A stretch of DNA of 63,956 nt, filler included, from Octopus bimaculoides (Eukaryota): NCBI RefSeq assembly GCF_001194135.2. It is 5 parts of 5 records of this genome, joined end to end, with 100 filler letters (N's around TTAATTAATTAA, not from the genome) between each part and the next. Parts side by side here need not be neighbours in the genome. Positions count along the whole stretch, not along the records: positions 26,640 to 46,769 come from NC_068986.1; positions 46,870 to 50,039 come from NW_026431836.1; 3 more parts are not named here. One strand, 5' to 3'. A program made the translations under genes and the position numbers. Shown piece by piece: positions 36,827-48,513 of the stretch. Numbering within the stretch: position 1 is the stretch's first letter; every line of letters begins with the position of its first letter. The notes under the pieces were generated by a model. That model did not search any database and had not been told where the DNA came from. It worked only from the letters and a program-made list of their open reading frames with translations.

Positions 36827-37718
36827 CATGGTCTGATCGATAAGTATCTGAACTGTTGCCATAGTAATGAAGCTAAACCATGCAGAGTGAAACTGCTTGG
36901 CAAAAATTGACCTGGAACTCTGCTGTGCATGCACACTAAGTTTAATGCTTTAGCTCACTTCCACCATTTACAGCAGTGCTTGGAAGGAAGGTGTGTAGCA
37001 TGTGATTGTCACATTGAGCATGACAACAGGAAGTTGCTATGGAAATACCTGCTCAGAGGCCGATGCAAAGTTGCAGAAAGTGTAAGGAGAGGAGGGTATG
37101 AGCCGCACACAAGTGTAGAAGTGGTTCAGGCATTTCCAAGATGGCCAAAAATTGTTGATATTGATGAACGTTCTGGGAGACCTGTAACCAGCAGACCTGA
37201 GAAAAACATTGCAGATGTGGTGCAGCTGAGAGGGAAAATTGTCAAATCACCATTCATGAGTTACCAGAGGATGTACAGATTAGTTATGGTTCAGTTCAGT
37301 CTGTTATCACAGATTTGGGTATGAGATGCATGTCTGCCAAGTTTGTGCCAAAACTGCTTTCAGATGACCAAAAAGACACTTGAGTTTCAGTTACACAAGA
37401 TCTCCTTCATTGTATCAATAATGATAAAAACTTTTTGAAAACTTTGCGTAGTCCTCTGAGCAGGTATTGCCAAGCTTTTGACAAAATTTGATGCAGATTC
37501 TCTGCTCAACTTTCTCTGTCATGGTCAATGCGATGATCACACGCTACACACCCTCCTTCCAAGCACTGCTGTAAATAGCAGAAGTGAGATGGAACGTTAA
37601 AACTTAGTGTGCATGTACAGCAAAGTTTTGAAGGTCAATCTGTGCCAAGCGGTTCCAATCTGTGTGCTTTATCTTCGTTACTATGGCAACAATCCGGATA
37701 CTTATTGATCAGACCATG
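36827..37718. mobile_element. Second copy of the long-arm mariner derivative
   Basis: Colinear with 31960-32852, including both arms and the DERSGRP...AKFVPKLL core. Confidence 0.85.
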
Positions 37719-37803
37719 CATGCATATATATATATATATATATATATATACAACGTCATGTACCCAGATATGTATCTATATGTACATGTAGATGAAGGTA
37801 TGT

Positions 37804-37879
<76 letters not shown>

Positions 37880-38097
37880 GTAGTTATACATATACACATA
37901 TATTTTCACACATGCACATACTTATGCATGTGTGCACTCATGCATACATTGTAAATTATATCTCCACAGCCCACTCATTATAGTTTTATGTAATATGTAG
38001 ATGTAACTATACATATAAAAAAATCAAATCAAATGTAGCAACCAGCAATATTAGAATAGAAGAGATATTATATAAGATATAATAAATATATATATAA

Positions 38098-38230
38098 ATG
38101 GTAAGTAGCTTGCTTACCAACCACATGGTTCAGTCCCACTGTGTCGCACCTTAGGCAAGTGCCTTCTGTTATAGCCTCGAACCGACCAAAGCCATGTAAG
38201 TTGGTAGACGGAAACTGAAAGAAGCCCATC

Positions 38231-38287
<57 letters not shown>

Positions 38288-38483
38288 TATATGTATGTTT
38301 GTGTATATGTTTGTGTGTCTGTGTTTGTCCTACTCAATATCACTTCACAACTGATGCTGGTGTGTTTATGTCCTCGTAACTAAGCTTACAAAGAATAAGT
38401 CTTGGGGTCGATTTGCTTGACTAAAGGTGGTGTTCCAGCATGGCTGCAGTCAAATGACTGAAACAAATAAAAGAATAAAAAGA

Positions 38484-38485
<2 letters not shown>
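38098..38485 (+). mobile_element. SINE family A
   Basis: tggtaagtagcttgcttaccaaccacatggttcagtccc head, (TA)n(CA)n, tail gactgaaacaaataaaaga. Confidence 0.8.
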
Positions 38486-38514
<29 letters not shown>

Positions 38515-39504
38515 NNNNNNNNNNNNNNNNNNNNNNNNNNNNNNNNNNNNNNNNNNNNNNNNNNNNNNNNNNNNNNNNNNNNNNNNNNNNNNNNNNNNNN
38601 NNNNNNNNNNNNNNNNNNNNNNNNNNNNNNNNNNNNNNNNNNNNNNNNNNNNNNNNNNNNNNNNNNNNNNNNNNNNNNNNNNNNNNNNNNNNNNNNNNNN
38701 NNNNNNNNNNNNNNNNNNNNNNNNNNNNNNNNNNNNNNNNNNNNNNNNNNNNNNNNNNNNNNNNNNNNNNNNNNNNNNNNNNNNNNNNNNNNNNNNNNNN
38801 NNNNNNNNNNNNNNNNNNNNNNNNNNNNNNNNNNNNNNNNNNNNNNNNNNNNNNNNNNNNNNNNNNNNNNNNNNNNNNNNNNNNNNNNNNNNNNNNNNNN
38901 NNNNNNNNNNNNNNNNNNNNNNNNNNNNNNNNNNNNNNNNNNNNNNNNNNNNNNNNNNNNNNNNNNNNNNNNNNNNNNNNNNNNNNNNNNNNNNNNNNNN
39001 NNNNNNNNNNNNNNNNNNNNNNNNNNNNNNNNNNNNNNNNNNNNNNNNNNNNNNNNNNNNNNNNNNNNNNNNNNNNNNNNNNNNNNNNNNNNNNNNNNNN
39101 NNNNNNNNNNNNNNNNNNNNNNNNNNNNNNNNNNNNNNNNNNNNNNNNNNNNNNNNNNNNNNNNNNNNNNNNNNNNNNNNNNNNNNNNNNNNNNNNNNNN
39201 NNNNNNNNNNNNNNNNNNNNNNNNNNNNNNNNNNNNNNNNNNNNNNNNNNNNNNNNNNNNNNNNNNNNNNNNNNNNNNNNNNNNNNNNNNNNNNNNNNNN
39301 NNNNNNNNNNNNNNNNNNNNNNNNNNNNNNNNNNNNNNNNNNNNNNNNNNNNNNNNNNNNNNNNNNNNNNNNNNNNNNNNNNNNNNNNNNNNNNNNNNNN
39401 NNNNNNNNNNNNNNNNNNNNNNNNNNNNNNNNNNNNNNNNNNNNNNNNNNNNNNNNNNNNNNNNNNNNNNNNNNNNNNNNNNNNNNNNNNNNNNNNNNNN
39501 NNNN

Positions 39505-39555
<51 letters not shown>

Positions 39556-39895
39556 TAGATTGATTGATATGCACACATATATATTCACACACACATACAT
39601 ATACGCATATATATTCACACACATATAAACATATAAATCATGAGAGAGAGCAGGCAAAGAGGCTTGGGTTACAAAAAATATTAAGTCAAATCCTGAAGCT
39701 CCCCATTTTACCACTTCTCTGTCAAACCATTCAACCCATACCAAGATGCAAAACAGACATTAAATGATGATGATGTATACACATCCTAACAAATATGTGT
39801 CTGTATCTATCTATCTATCTATCTCTCTCTCTATATATATATATATCTATCTATCTATATATATCTATCTATCTATATATATATCTATCTATCTA

Positions 39896-39934
<39 letters not shown>

Positions 39935-39938
<4 letters not shown>

Positions 39939-40505
39939 CAGCACTCATACCATCATCCACACACCCACACATTACAGACGCACATCTTCACACTAAACCC
40001 CCACCCCCACTCTCACATCTCCACACAGCAACCTTGCATCCCCGCACTCAACATCATCACACATCACACATCACACCACTCAGCACACACTGGCACTGAC
40101 CACTTCCCAGCACTGATACCATCATCCATACACCCAAACATTACAGATGCACACACTTACGCATGCACACATCCAAGTCACCAGCCCTATCCATATGTAC
40201 ACACATACTCACATACACACACACACTCACACCTTCATTTTGGGATCACCAATACTTTATTATCTCCCCTTCTTCCTAGCTCTCCTGTTTAACTACCTTT
40301 GTCCAGCCAACCGCCATGATTGACCGCTAGTTCCAAAAGTTTTTGTCTTCTCCTTCTGTTTATTTCCTTGTGTTCCTTTCTGCTGAAGAGCATTGGTCCG
40401 AAACAAAAGACTTTCTCACCTTTCCAAGTGTTAAACTAATACACATGTTTGTTATTTATACACCTGTCTTTGTCTTAGGATTTTCTGTAAATTTCAACTA
40501 TATAT
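39935..40505 (+). mobile_element. PLE 3' pseudo-LTR copy
   Basis: Colinear with 28600-29095 (gggatcaccaatactttattatctc...ctgctgaagag..gaaac..aagactttctcacc...aactatatat). Confidence 0.75.
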
Positions 40506-40597
40506 ATATATATATATATATTTGTATATCTACACACACACACACACATATCTGTATCTATATGTTCATACACACATGCATATATATATATATATAT

Positions 40598-41769
40598 ACT
40601 AGCTGGTGTACTCGGTAATTCCCGGGGGTAAAGATGTTCTATTGAAATGCCTTATTACTCTGATATAAGAAAGCAATTTCGTTATAACTGCCACAAAAGG
40701 AGTATTTTCCGTCACAAAAAACTGTCAGCTGGAGGAGGAGGGAGAGATTGTTGGAGATTGGTGAGAGAGGTTTTCGGAGGTTGGCGAGAAGGATTGTCAG
40801 AGGTTGGTGAGAGAGGTTGTCGGAGGTTGGCGAGAGGCAAAGACATTATTCTTATTAGTGAAGGCATCTGGGAAATGTATAACTGCTGTCATTCACAGAA
40901 AGACTTGTTTTACTGTGAGAAAAGTGCTGTTGAAGTTATTAGTGAAATTCGGCAATTGAGGATCGAATCCACGCTATGCATGCATGAAGCCACTACAAAT
41001 GCATTGTGGAATTAAAAAAATTATCTACTGTCATGGAAAAAGTGTAACTGTAACAATGCAGAATTATCGGAGTAATGAACATTCAAAAAAGTATGTATGT
41101 ATAGAAATGTATGAATGAAGTCTTTAATGTTTAAGATTCAAATTGAGGATGTGCAATAATAATGTTTAGCAGTTCAAAACTGTGAGTAGTGAAATGCAGA
41201 ATTAGGTTGGCTGATGAGAGAATGAAATATTGATCGCTTCACTAAAATCTGCAGGTGGTATAGGTTATTTCCCTTGGGTTGTTTAAATAAAATATTACTA
41301 ATATGTAGTAGATAGAAGGATCCATTGGAAGAGCCCTATTATCGACTTTTGTCAACAATCTAAGTATATCACAAGGTTTCCAGACATGAGTTCTACTCAC
41401 GTGTCAAATAAAGTATAAAGGTGATATTGCCAGCAAAAATTAGAAACAGGACACACAAAAAATCAATATTCAAAGTAATTGAACATAAACAATGAAATGC
41501 GTTATTGCCCTTGAGTGTTTAAAAAAAAAAAATTGTACAGATGCTATGGGTTATTTCCCTTGGGTATTTAAAAAATTAGTTATCTGAGGTAGATATAAAG
41601 GTCCCTTCCAGGGGCCATATTATCGATTTTTTCAATAATCTAAGTATGTCATGAGGTTTTCAGATATGAGTTCAACTCACATGTCAAGTTTCATAAAAAT
41701 CAATAAAACGATGTAGGAGTTAGCTAACAACGCCATAAGCAAACACACACTGATTTTCCACATATGTAG

Positions 41770-41772
<3 letters not shown>
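40598..41772 (+). mobile_element. Helentron/DINE-like non-autonomous element (putative)
   Basis: Starts actagctggtgtactcggtaattcccggg (ACTAG + GC-rich hairpin) inside (TA)n; ends tgtcaagtttcataaaaatc...gttagc..caaacacacac..catatgtagtata; internal ~170-bp duplication. Confidence 0.5.
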
Positions 41773-41809
<37 letters not shown>

Positions 41810-42439
41810 TTAGTGGCAATGACTGGGAGTATTAAGTACAATCAGTAGAGCATACGTTTCCATGATCAAAATCATTAGCTGTGTCTAATTCAGATTCTGA
41901 GTTAACAAACTGCTGCAGATGGTTGTATGATGGTACAATAAGAAACCAATTATTATTTGTACTACCATTAAAATAGTTTGAAGATTTGTATTAATGCAAA
42001 AACTTTATTAGCCCCACCTTATGGTTTTGAACAATTGAACTAAAGACATCTGTCTATCAATATATATACATAGGTGCAGATGTTGTGCGATAAGAAGTTT
42101 GCCTTCTAGTTATAATATGGTTGTGGGTTCAATTCCAGTGCATGGCACCTTGGGCATAACATAGTTATACATTATGTATATATGTATATTATATATACTA
42201 GCAAAGAACCACCCTCCAGGTGGTTTTCTGCTGGTTGTCTGTTTATATTAGAGAGACTCTGTGTGTGTGCGTGAGGGGGAAAGAGAACATTGCAAAGAAT
42301 GAATGAAATAAACATGAAGTGAAAAATATCGTGTAAATAAAAGCTCATGAACCCTTAGAAATGCCAAAATGAATAGCTGGTTTTGTTCATTAATTTCCGT
42401 AAAAGTTTTTATTTATTTACTTTTGTTTTAAAGTGAAAG

Positions 42440-43440
42440 AGAGGCAGGATGCCCATGCAGGGACTACAACAGATGCCTAGAGGGAGGCCAATGTGAAACC
42501 AAAGGCTGAGTTGGTATCTGACTCTAGTAGCAGCAGCAACTTTCCCAACTACTACTACAATAGCAGGAATGGCAATACCAATAGCAATGGTAGCAACCCA
42601 AACAAAAATAGCAGCAGTACCATCGCTAATGATAACAACAGTAACAATGACAACAACAACCATCTTGATAGCACTGATAACAGATCCAACAGCAATGACA
42701 ATGGCTATAGCAGCACCAACACCAACACTGCCACCAATGATGTCCCCTATGCCAGCACCAACACTAACAACAGCAACAGTGGAAATAGCAGCATCAACAT
42801 CAACAGAAGTAGCATTGCCGGCAGCAGTATATGAAGATACATTGGATGTTCTGGGAACACCTTCAAGCAGCACAGGATCCTGGAGAAACGTTACACCATG
42901 TCCTTAGCCAGCCATGTGTGGTGACTGAAAGATGAAAGGATTCTGCATATAGTCTCATGGAAGATCTTAGGAAAAATGGGTTCCTACATCAACAGGAGCA
43001 AGTGTTGTAAGTTGTGCACAGCTGAATGAGCAAAGATATTAAAGAACACTCTTGACTCAGGGAACATCCTAAATTCCAGGATGAAAGTCTTTAGACCTTG
43101 CTTGCACTTCAGGAGGTTCCTACTAAAATCTTGAGACCCACTAGCTAATAGGGTCCATTACGGATAGTGTTCTAAAGGAGACAATCTCTTGCGCTTAACA
43201 CCCCTCCTTTGTCCATGTGTTCAACAACTAGCAATGAAGTCTTTTCTCCCTCCACTTTGAAGAGAAGTTATAGGTCACCAGCCATTAGGGTCTGAAGAGA
43301 GGTGATAGGTCACCAGCCATTAGGCGCTTTATTGATGTGAAACCCTGGGTAATCCCATAGACCAGCCATAATTACCTTTATCTAATTACTCTACTGCTCT
43401 ACAGCTTAGTGTGCTTCTCTTTCGGATTTATGATTTACTG
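42440..43440 (+). mobile_element. Second PLE GIY-YIG fragment with N/S insertion
   Basis: Paralogous to 30765-31945: aggcaggatgc.catgcaggga.., N/S tract, *RYIGCSGNTF, caggaacatcctaaattccagg, and a similar 3' end. Confidence 0.8.
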
Positions 43441-43446
43441 ACAATA

Positions 43447-43462
43447 TGTGTGTGTGTGTGAG

Positions 43463-43505
<43 letters not shown>

Positions 43506-43695
43506 TTGTGTTTGTCCTCTCCCCCCACTGCTTGACAATCGGTGTTGCTTCATTTACATCCCCATAACTTAGTGGTCTGGCAAAAAATGCCTAATGGAAT
43601 AAATATCAAACTTTAAAAAAAAAGTACTACCTTTCAGGCAGTGCTCCAGCCTGGTTGCAGTCTAATAACAGAAATAAGTAAATGATAAAAGAAAT
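43447..43695 (+). mobile_element. SINE family A 3' half
   Basis: (TG)n then tgtttgtcc..cttgacaa.cggtgttg..ccataacttag...ggcagtgctccagc.tgg.tgcagtc. Confidence 0.65.
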
Positions 43696-44199
43696 ATAAA
43701 ATAGTCCTTTCAGATGGCTCCAGGATACAGCAATTTTTGAGCTGACATTCTTTTACATGTAGAAAGTGATTACACATACTAAAGAACGAGGAGTCTGGTA
43801 GATGTAAAAAAGAAAGGACCAAATTCAGTAAGTATCAAATGAAGATTATTTTCACTAGTAAAATGACATCAGACCAGCCTAAAACTATAATAAAAATATC
43901 AAAAAAGAAAATACTTACTAAGAATTAGTGCAAGTATAGGAAATCTGTCACAACCAAAAATCATCTGCTCCTCATTGTTGACATGAGCAACTATGGCTGG
44001 GAGACCAAATGCCTATTAAAAATGGTTGAGGTAAACAATTAGTAAAATGAAGAATTTAGCCATGTTTTACTCAGAATTTTAGATGCTGTAAAAATATTAT
44101 TTGTAAAAATATAATCAATTACCGTAAAAATATAATCAATTACTTATCTTAGTCAATGTGTCAATATAAATTTAAACAACCCAGAAAAAAGTATTGTTC

Positions 44200-45480
44200 T
44201 TATATCTGAATCACTACCAGAACTAGAAAAGTTTCAGGTGTGGAAGCAGTGTCTAGAATTGAAGGGCCTTAGAGTTAACCTAGCAAAAACGAAAATCTTT
44301 GTAAGTAGGAGACAAATTACAAACTAAGTTTTTTCTTGTCTGTTACTTAGCCTGTCTGTAACACTTTCATGTGATTAGTTAAAGGGAAAGGCGAAGAGCG
44401 AAAAAAAAAGGAGAGAAAAAGAGGGTAAGGTGAAGAGTGAGAGAGAAAGAGGGAGAATCTATGAAATTGTGCATAAAGCATACAAAATGTATATATAAAG
44501 TGCATTAAGTAATCATTGTATTCCAGTTTCCTTCACTTTTCAATGATTAGCAAATGAGCAACTAACTTTTAATACAGACGCCAAATCAGATTGGAGCCTG
44601 GTGTAGCCATCTGGTTTCACCAGTCCTCAGTCAAATTGTCCAACCCATGCTAGCATGGAAAGCAGACGTTAAACGATGATGATGACAAATCAGGCTATGC
44701 TTCCAGGATTTCTGGATAAAATTTCCAAAAATAACCCAATAAGTTTACCATTAATTCTGTGAAATATTCACGAGTCCTGCTAGTGAAAATTAGTGTGAAA
44801 AAAAGGGGTTACTCCAAGTGGATCCAACATAGGGGTTAACTGCTATACAGATGAAAGGATTATTAAGGAAATGAAGATAGAAGTGGCAGGACCATCAAAT
44901 ATAGCTGCCAGGATGTTGAAATTATTCAACAAAGTAAGATATGAGTTAGTTACTCATATAATAATAATCAGGTAGTGTTATGCTGGCAAAGTAGTAGTAT
45001 TGTGAATTACTCCAAAAACAATGGAGAAGCCTTAGAAATAAGTAACTCCAGAGTTATTTAACTGATGAATCAGGCCTTGAAAGTGGTTGAAATTTATAGC
45101 AAAGCTAATCAGAGAGAACCAGCTTAGATGAAGTGAAGTTTGGTTTGTGTCAGGGCATAGAACCACCAATGTCCTCTTCTTAGTGAGGCAACTACAAGAA
45201 AAATTCTAAGCCAATAACAAAACCATTGTACTTTGTATATCTTGACTCTGAGAAAGCCTTTACGTAGGCTTTTTTGTTAAGTATATTATGCTTGGTATAC
45301 TAGTGATTACTAGGAAAACTGAGAGTAGAGAAATCACTTGTAACATTTGTCCAGGCTATGTACAGTGGAACTGTCAATAAAGTGAAAAGTTAGCAAGTAG
45401 CTGGTAAGAAATTTAACTGCAAACAGATGTTCAGCAAACATTGGTTTGAGCAATATCCTGTTTATTATAGTTACCAAGAT
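44200..45480 (+). mobile_element. RTE LINE fragments (RT motifs and a 3' tail, out of order)
   Basis: WKQCLELKGLRVNLAKTKI (44235-44295); 3' tail aaacgatgatgatga (44575-44685); FGL..G.RTTNVLFLVRQLQEKF...LYFVYLDSEKAF (45135-45265). Confidence 0.7.
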
Positions 45481-46080
45481 CATAGTTAGTGGTGGCTTGT
45501 GTACAGGAACTGTCTTAAAATTTTCTACTGCAACCAATGGCGGCTCATAGATAAAATTGGTGGGGGTGCTACTTCAGAAAATTTTTAGCCGTTGTTTTAG
45601 TATTGTGTAAAAGAAAACAAACATATAAAAAGAAAATTTATACACAAACTTGATCAGTTCGCATTTTAGTCACTGTTGGGTAGTGTGTTTAATTTGTTTA
45701 CTGCACACTGCCATGAACTCCCCCTTGTTTATCAAAAATACACCCTAAATCACAAAATAAAGTGGGGAAATGTGCTCTATTTTTCAAATCCTGGCAGCAA
45801 CACTGAAGCTGGAAGCAGGATAATAATCTAATTCTACACTTTATAACACGTTTTTAAGCACAACACACGCGAAGTCAAAAAGAAACTCTACCTTTCACCC
45901 AGCACTGTTGTCCACACAGTACTCTCTCTCACTTGTGTGAAGCTTCCTATCTCGGACATGTGAGCATGTGCACAACATCCAAACACCACATTACTGGAAC
46001 AGTTCTATACAAAGATTTTTGTATTTTTTTCATAAACTAGGAGATGGCTACTGGCATTAAGCTTAAGGATTATATAATAT

Positions 46081-46769
46081 ACTAGCAGAAGTGCCTGGCG
46101 TTGCTCGGGGCTTAATTGTTTTAAAGTACTGTTGATGATTCTACTCAATTATGATTATTGAGGATTGCTATAAGTTGAAAACCAACCAATCAATTTGCAA
46201 CTGGACAGAAAGCCTTGCCTAGAGCATTGCAGCACTCTGAGAAGTGGGTAACAATAGAATGTGAGGTGGCCCTGAAAAAGCTGTTTTATTGTTCTCACAA
46301 TTGTAACAATGTCTTAGCAATGCAGATGACTTAAGACACGCACGTACTGTATCTATACTATAAAAGGCAAATTTTCTCTGTGTGTTTGTATGTTTAAAAT
46401 TCATACATTTACACAATTCCAAATTTCTTCGATTAAACAATCGCAATTAATATTCTAAATACAATAAGTTAGGTCACTGCGTCATTTTTTCACTCCAAAA
46501 AATTCCTAATAGCGAATAAAATCCTTAAAACTACACAAGTAAACATTTTCTACCTAATAAAATCTAATTTCCTCTTTCTAATACAAATCCTTTCAACTCC
46601 TACTTCCTCTCATGAACCTTTACGAAAACTCCAACAACAAATACAAAAAGAAAACTATTTCAGTATCAAATCACATTTCAATACTGTAATGACAGATACT
46701 AAAAACTACATGCAAAATTACTTTGCCCCTCTAAAATTAACTATTTCTATTCCTCTTACACATCGTTTC
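46081..46769 (+). mobile_element. Helentron/Helitron-like termini (putative, possibly nested)
   Basis: actagcagaagtgcctggcgttgctcgggg at 46081; a|tctatactataaaaggc Helitron-type 5' TC end at 46352; truncated by the spacer. Confidence 0.45.
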
Positions 46770-46869
46770 NNNNNNNNNNNNNNNNNNNNNNNNNNNNNNN
46801 NNNNNNNNNNNNNTTAATTAATTAANNNNNNNNNNNNNNNNNNNNNNNNNNNNNNNNNNNNNNNNNNNN
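46770..46869. other. Artificial scaffold spacer
   Basis: 44N-TTAATTAATTAA-44N. Confidence 0.95.
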
Positions 46870-47958
46870 ATAGTGAGAATTTACAAAAAAACAAAAGACG
46901 AAGACGGGTGTGTAAAGAACAAACAGATGTATTAGTTAAATACATGTTTTTATGTTCCGAGCCTACGCTCTTCGACAGAAAGGAACAGAGAAATAAACAA
47001 GGAGAGAAAATAGAAAGAGGGAGAGAAAATAGAAAAAGGTATAGTGGCTAGCGATCTATCAGGGCGAAATAATATATGTATATATGCATATATACATACG
47101 TATATGTACATACTTACATCTATACGTATATATATAAGCATATGTGGGCACAGGACGTCATGAAACGTGTACAACAAAAAAGTACGAAGCACGAGTAGAT
47201 GGAACATGAACTATTCTTTCGAACAACGAAAGACACAAATGGAAAACAAAACAAACAACATAAAGAACGGCCCTTCATCAGTTGTTGGCTGTTTTTCTAG
47301 TCTCGTATTTCGAGTATTTAACGACAATATACTCTTTCGATAAAACAGTTGCTCCCGCAAAGCAAATTAAATAAAATTTGGGATTTTGCAGTGGGTCAAA
47401 ATTGGTAACACAAACAGGACAGTGAAAACAAACAGGAAGGGCTGCTAAGCCTAAACGAGGTTGTGGTGGCGAACGCGTAAATCAAGCTTGATGTATTTAT
47501 GTATATATATGTATATATATATGTCTGTATATATATGTATATATATATGTCTGTATATATATGTTTATATATGTGTGTATATATATATGTATATATATAT
47601 ATATATCTATATATGTATATATAAATATATATATGTATATATATATATATATCTATATCTATATGTATATATAAATATATATATGTATATATATATATAT
47701 ATATATATCTATATCTATATGTATATATAAATATATATATATTTATATATATATATATCTATATCTATATGTATATATAAATATATATATATTTATATAT
47801 ATATATATAGATATATACATATACATATATATACACACATATAAACATATATATACAGACATATATATACATATATATATACATAAATACATCAAGCTTC
47901 ATTTACGCGTTCGCCATCACAACCTCGTTTAGGCTTAGCAGCCCTTCTTATGTATGTA

Positions 47959-48044
<86 letters not shown>

Positions 48045-48460
48045 GAAGAGTCCAGAGTAATCCAAAGGGCAGGAGAGGTGCAGCTGAAGTGTAGAAAGCC
48101 CAACAGAGAATCCGTAGAAGTGTAGAAAGGTAGAAAGTGCAGTAGAGAAGTTCGTGGGTGATGAGAGGAGACAGGATCAACTGGTGCTACCACGTGAGCG
48201 TGTAATATATATGGGGAGAATTCACAAAAAAAACAAAAAAAACAAAAGACGAAGACAGGTGGTGTAGAAAACAAACAGATATATTACGATAACGCTCGGG
48301 TAGTGAAAAAGTCTTTAACGTTTCGAGCCTACACTCTTCCATAGAAAGGAACACAGAAAGAAACAAAGAGAAAAAAAAAAGAATGTGTAGTGGCTAGCGA
48401 TCTATCATGGTGAATGCCGGACAGAAGGGTCACGCAAGAGAGCTAGGAAGAAGGGGAGAT
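46870..48460 (-). mobile_element. Two PLE-type pseudo-LTR/tail copies (46870-47435 and 48040-48460)
   Basis: Both contain gacgaagac.gg..gtgta.a.aacaaacagat.tatta...cgagccta.ctctt..agaaagg...gtagtggctagcgatctatca, the reverse complement of the tail type at 28900-29095. Confidence 0.6.
47436..47947. repeat. Inverted duplication enclosing a (TA)n/(TATC)n tract
   Basis: gaagggctgctaagcctaaacgaggttgtggtggcgaacgcgtaaatcaagcttgatgtatttatgta.. and its reverse complement ending at 47947 (2 mismatches in ~65 bp of unique sequence). Confidence 0.9.
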
Positions 48461-48513
48461 AATAAAGTAGTAGTGATCCTATAACGAAGGTGCGCGTGTG
48501 TGTGAGTTCGTAT

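Noticed and set aside
43935-44035. Frame YRKSVTTKNHLLLIVDMSNYGWETKC followed by gtaaac
   Set aside because: Faint resemblance to a DIRS-type ORF1 motif or an exon, but too short to support either.
47205-47290. Minus-strand CTGATGA ... GAAA as a hammerhead
   Set aside because: No G-C closing pair for stem II and no convincing stems I and III.
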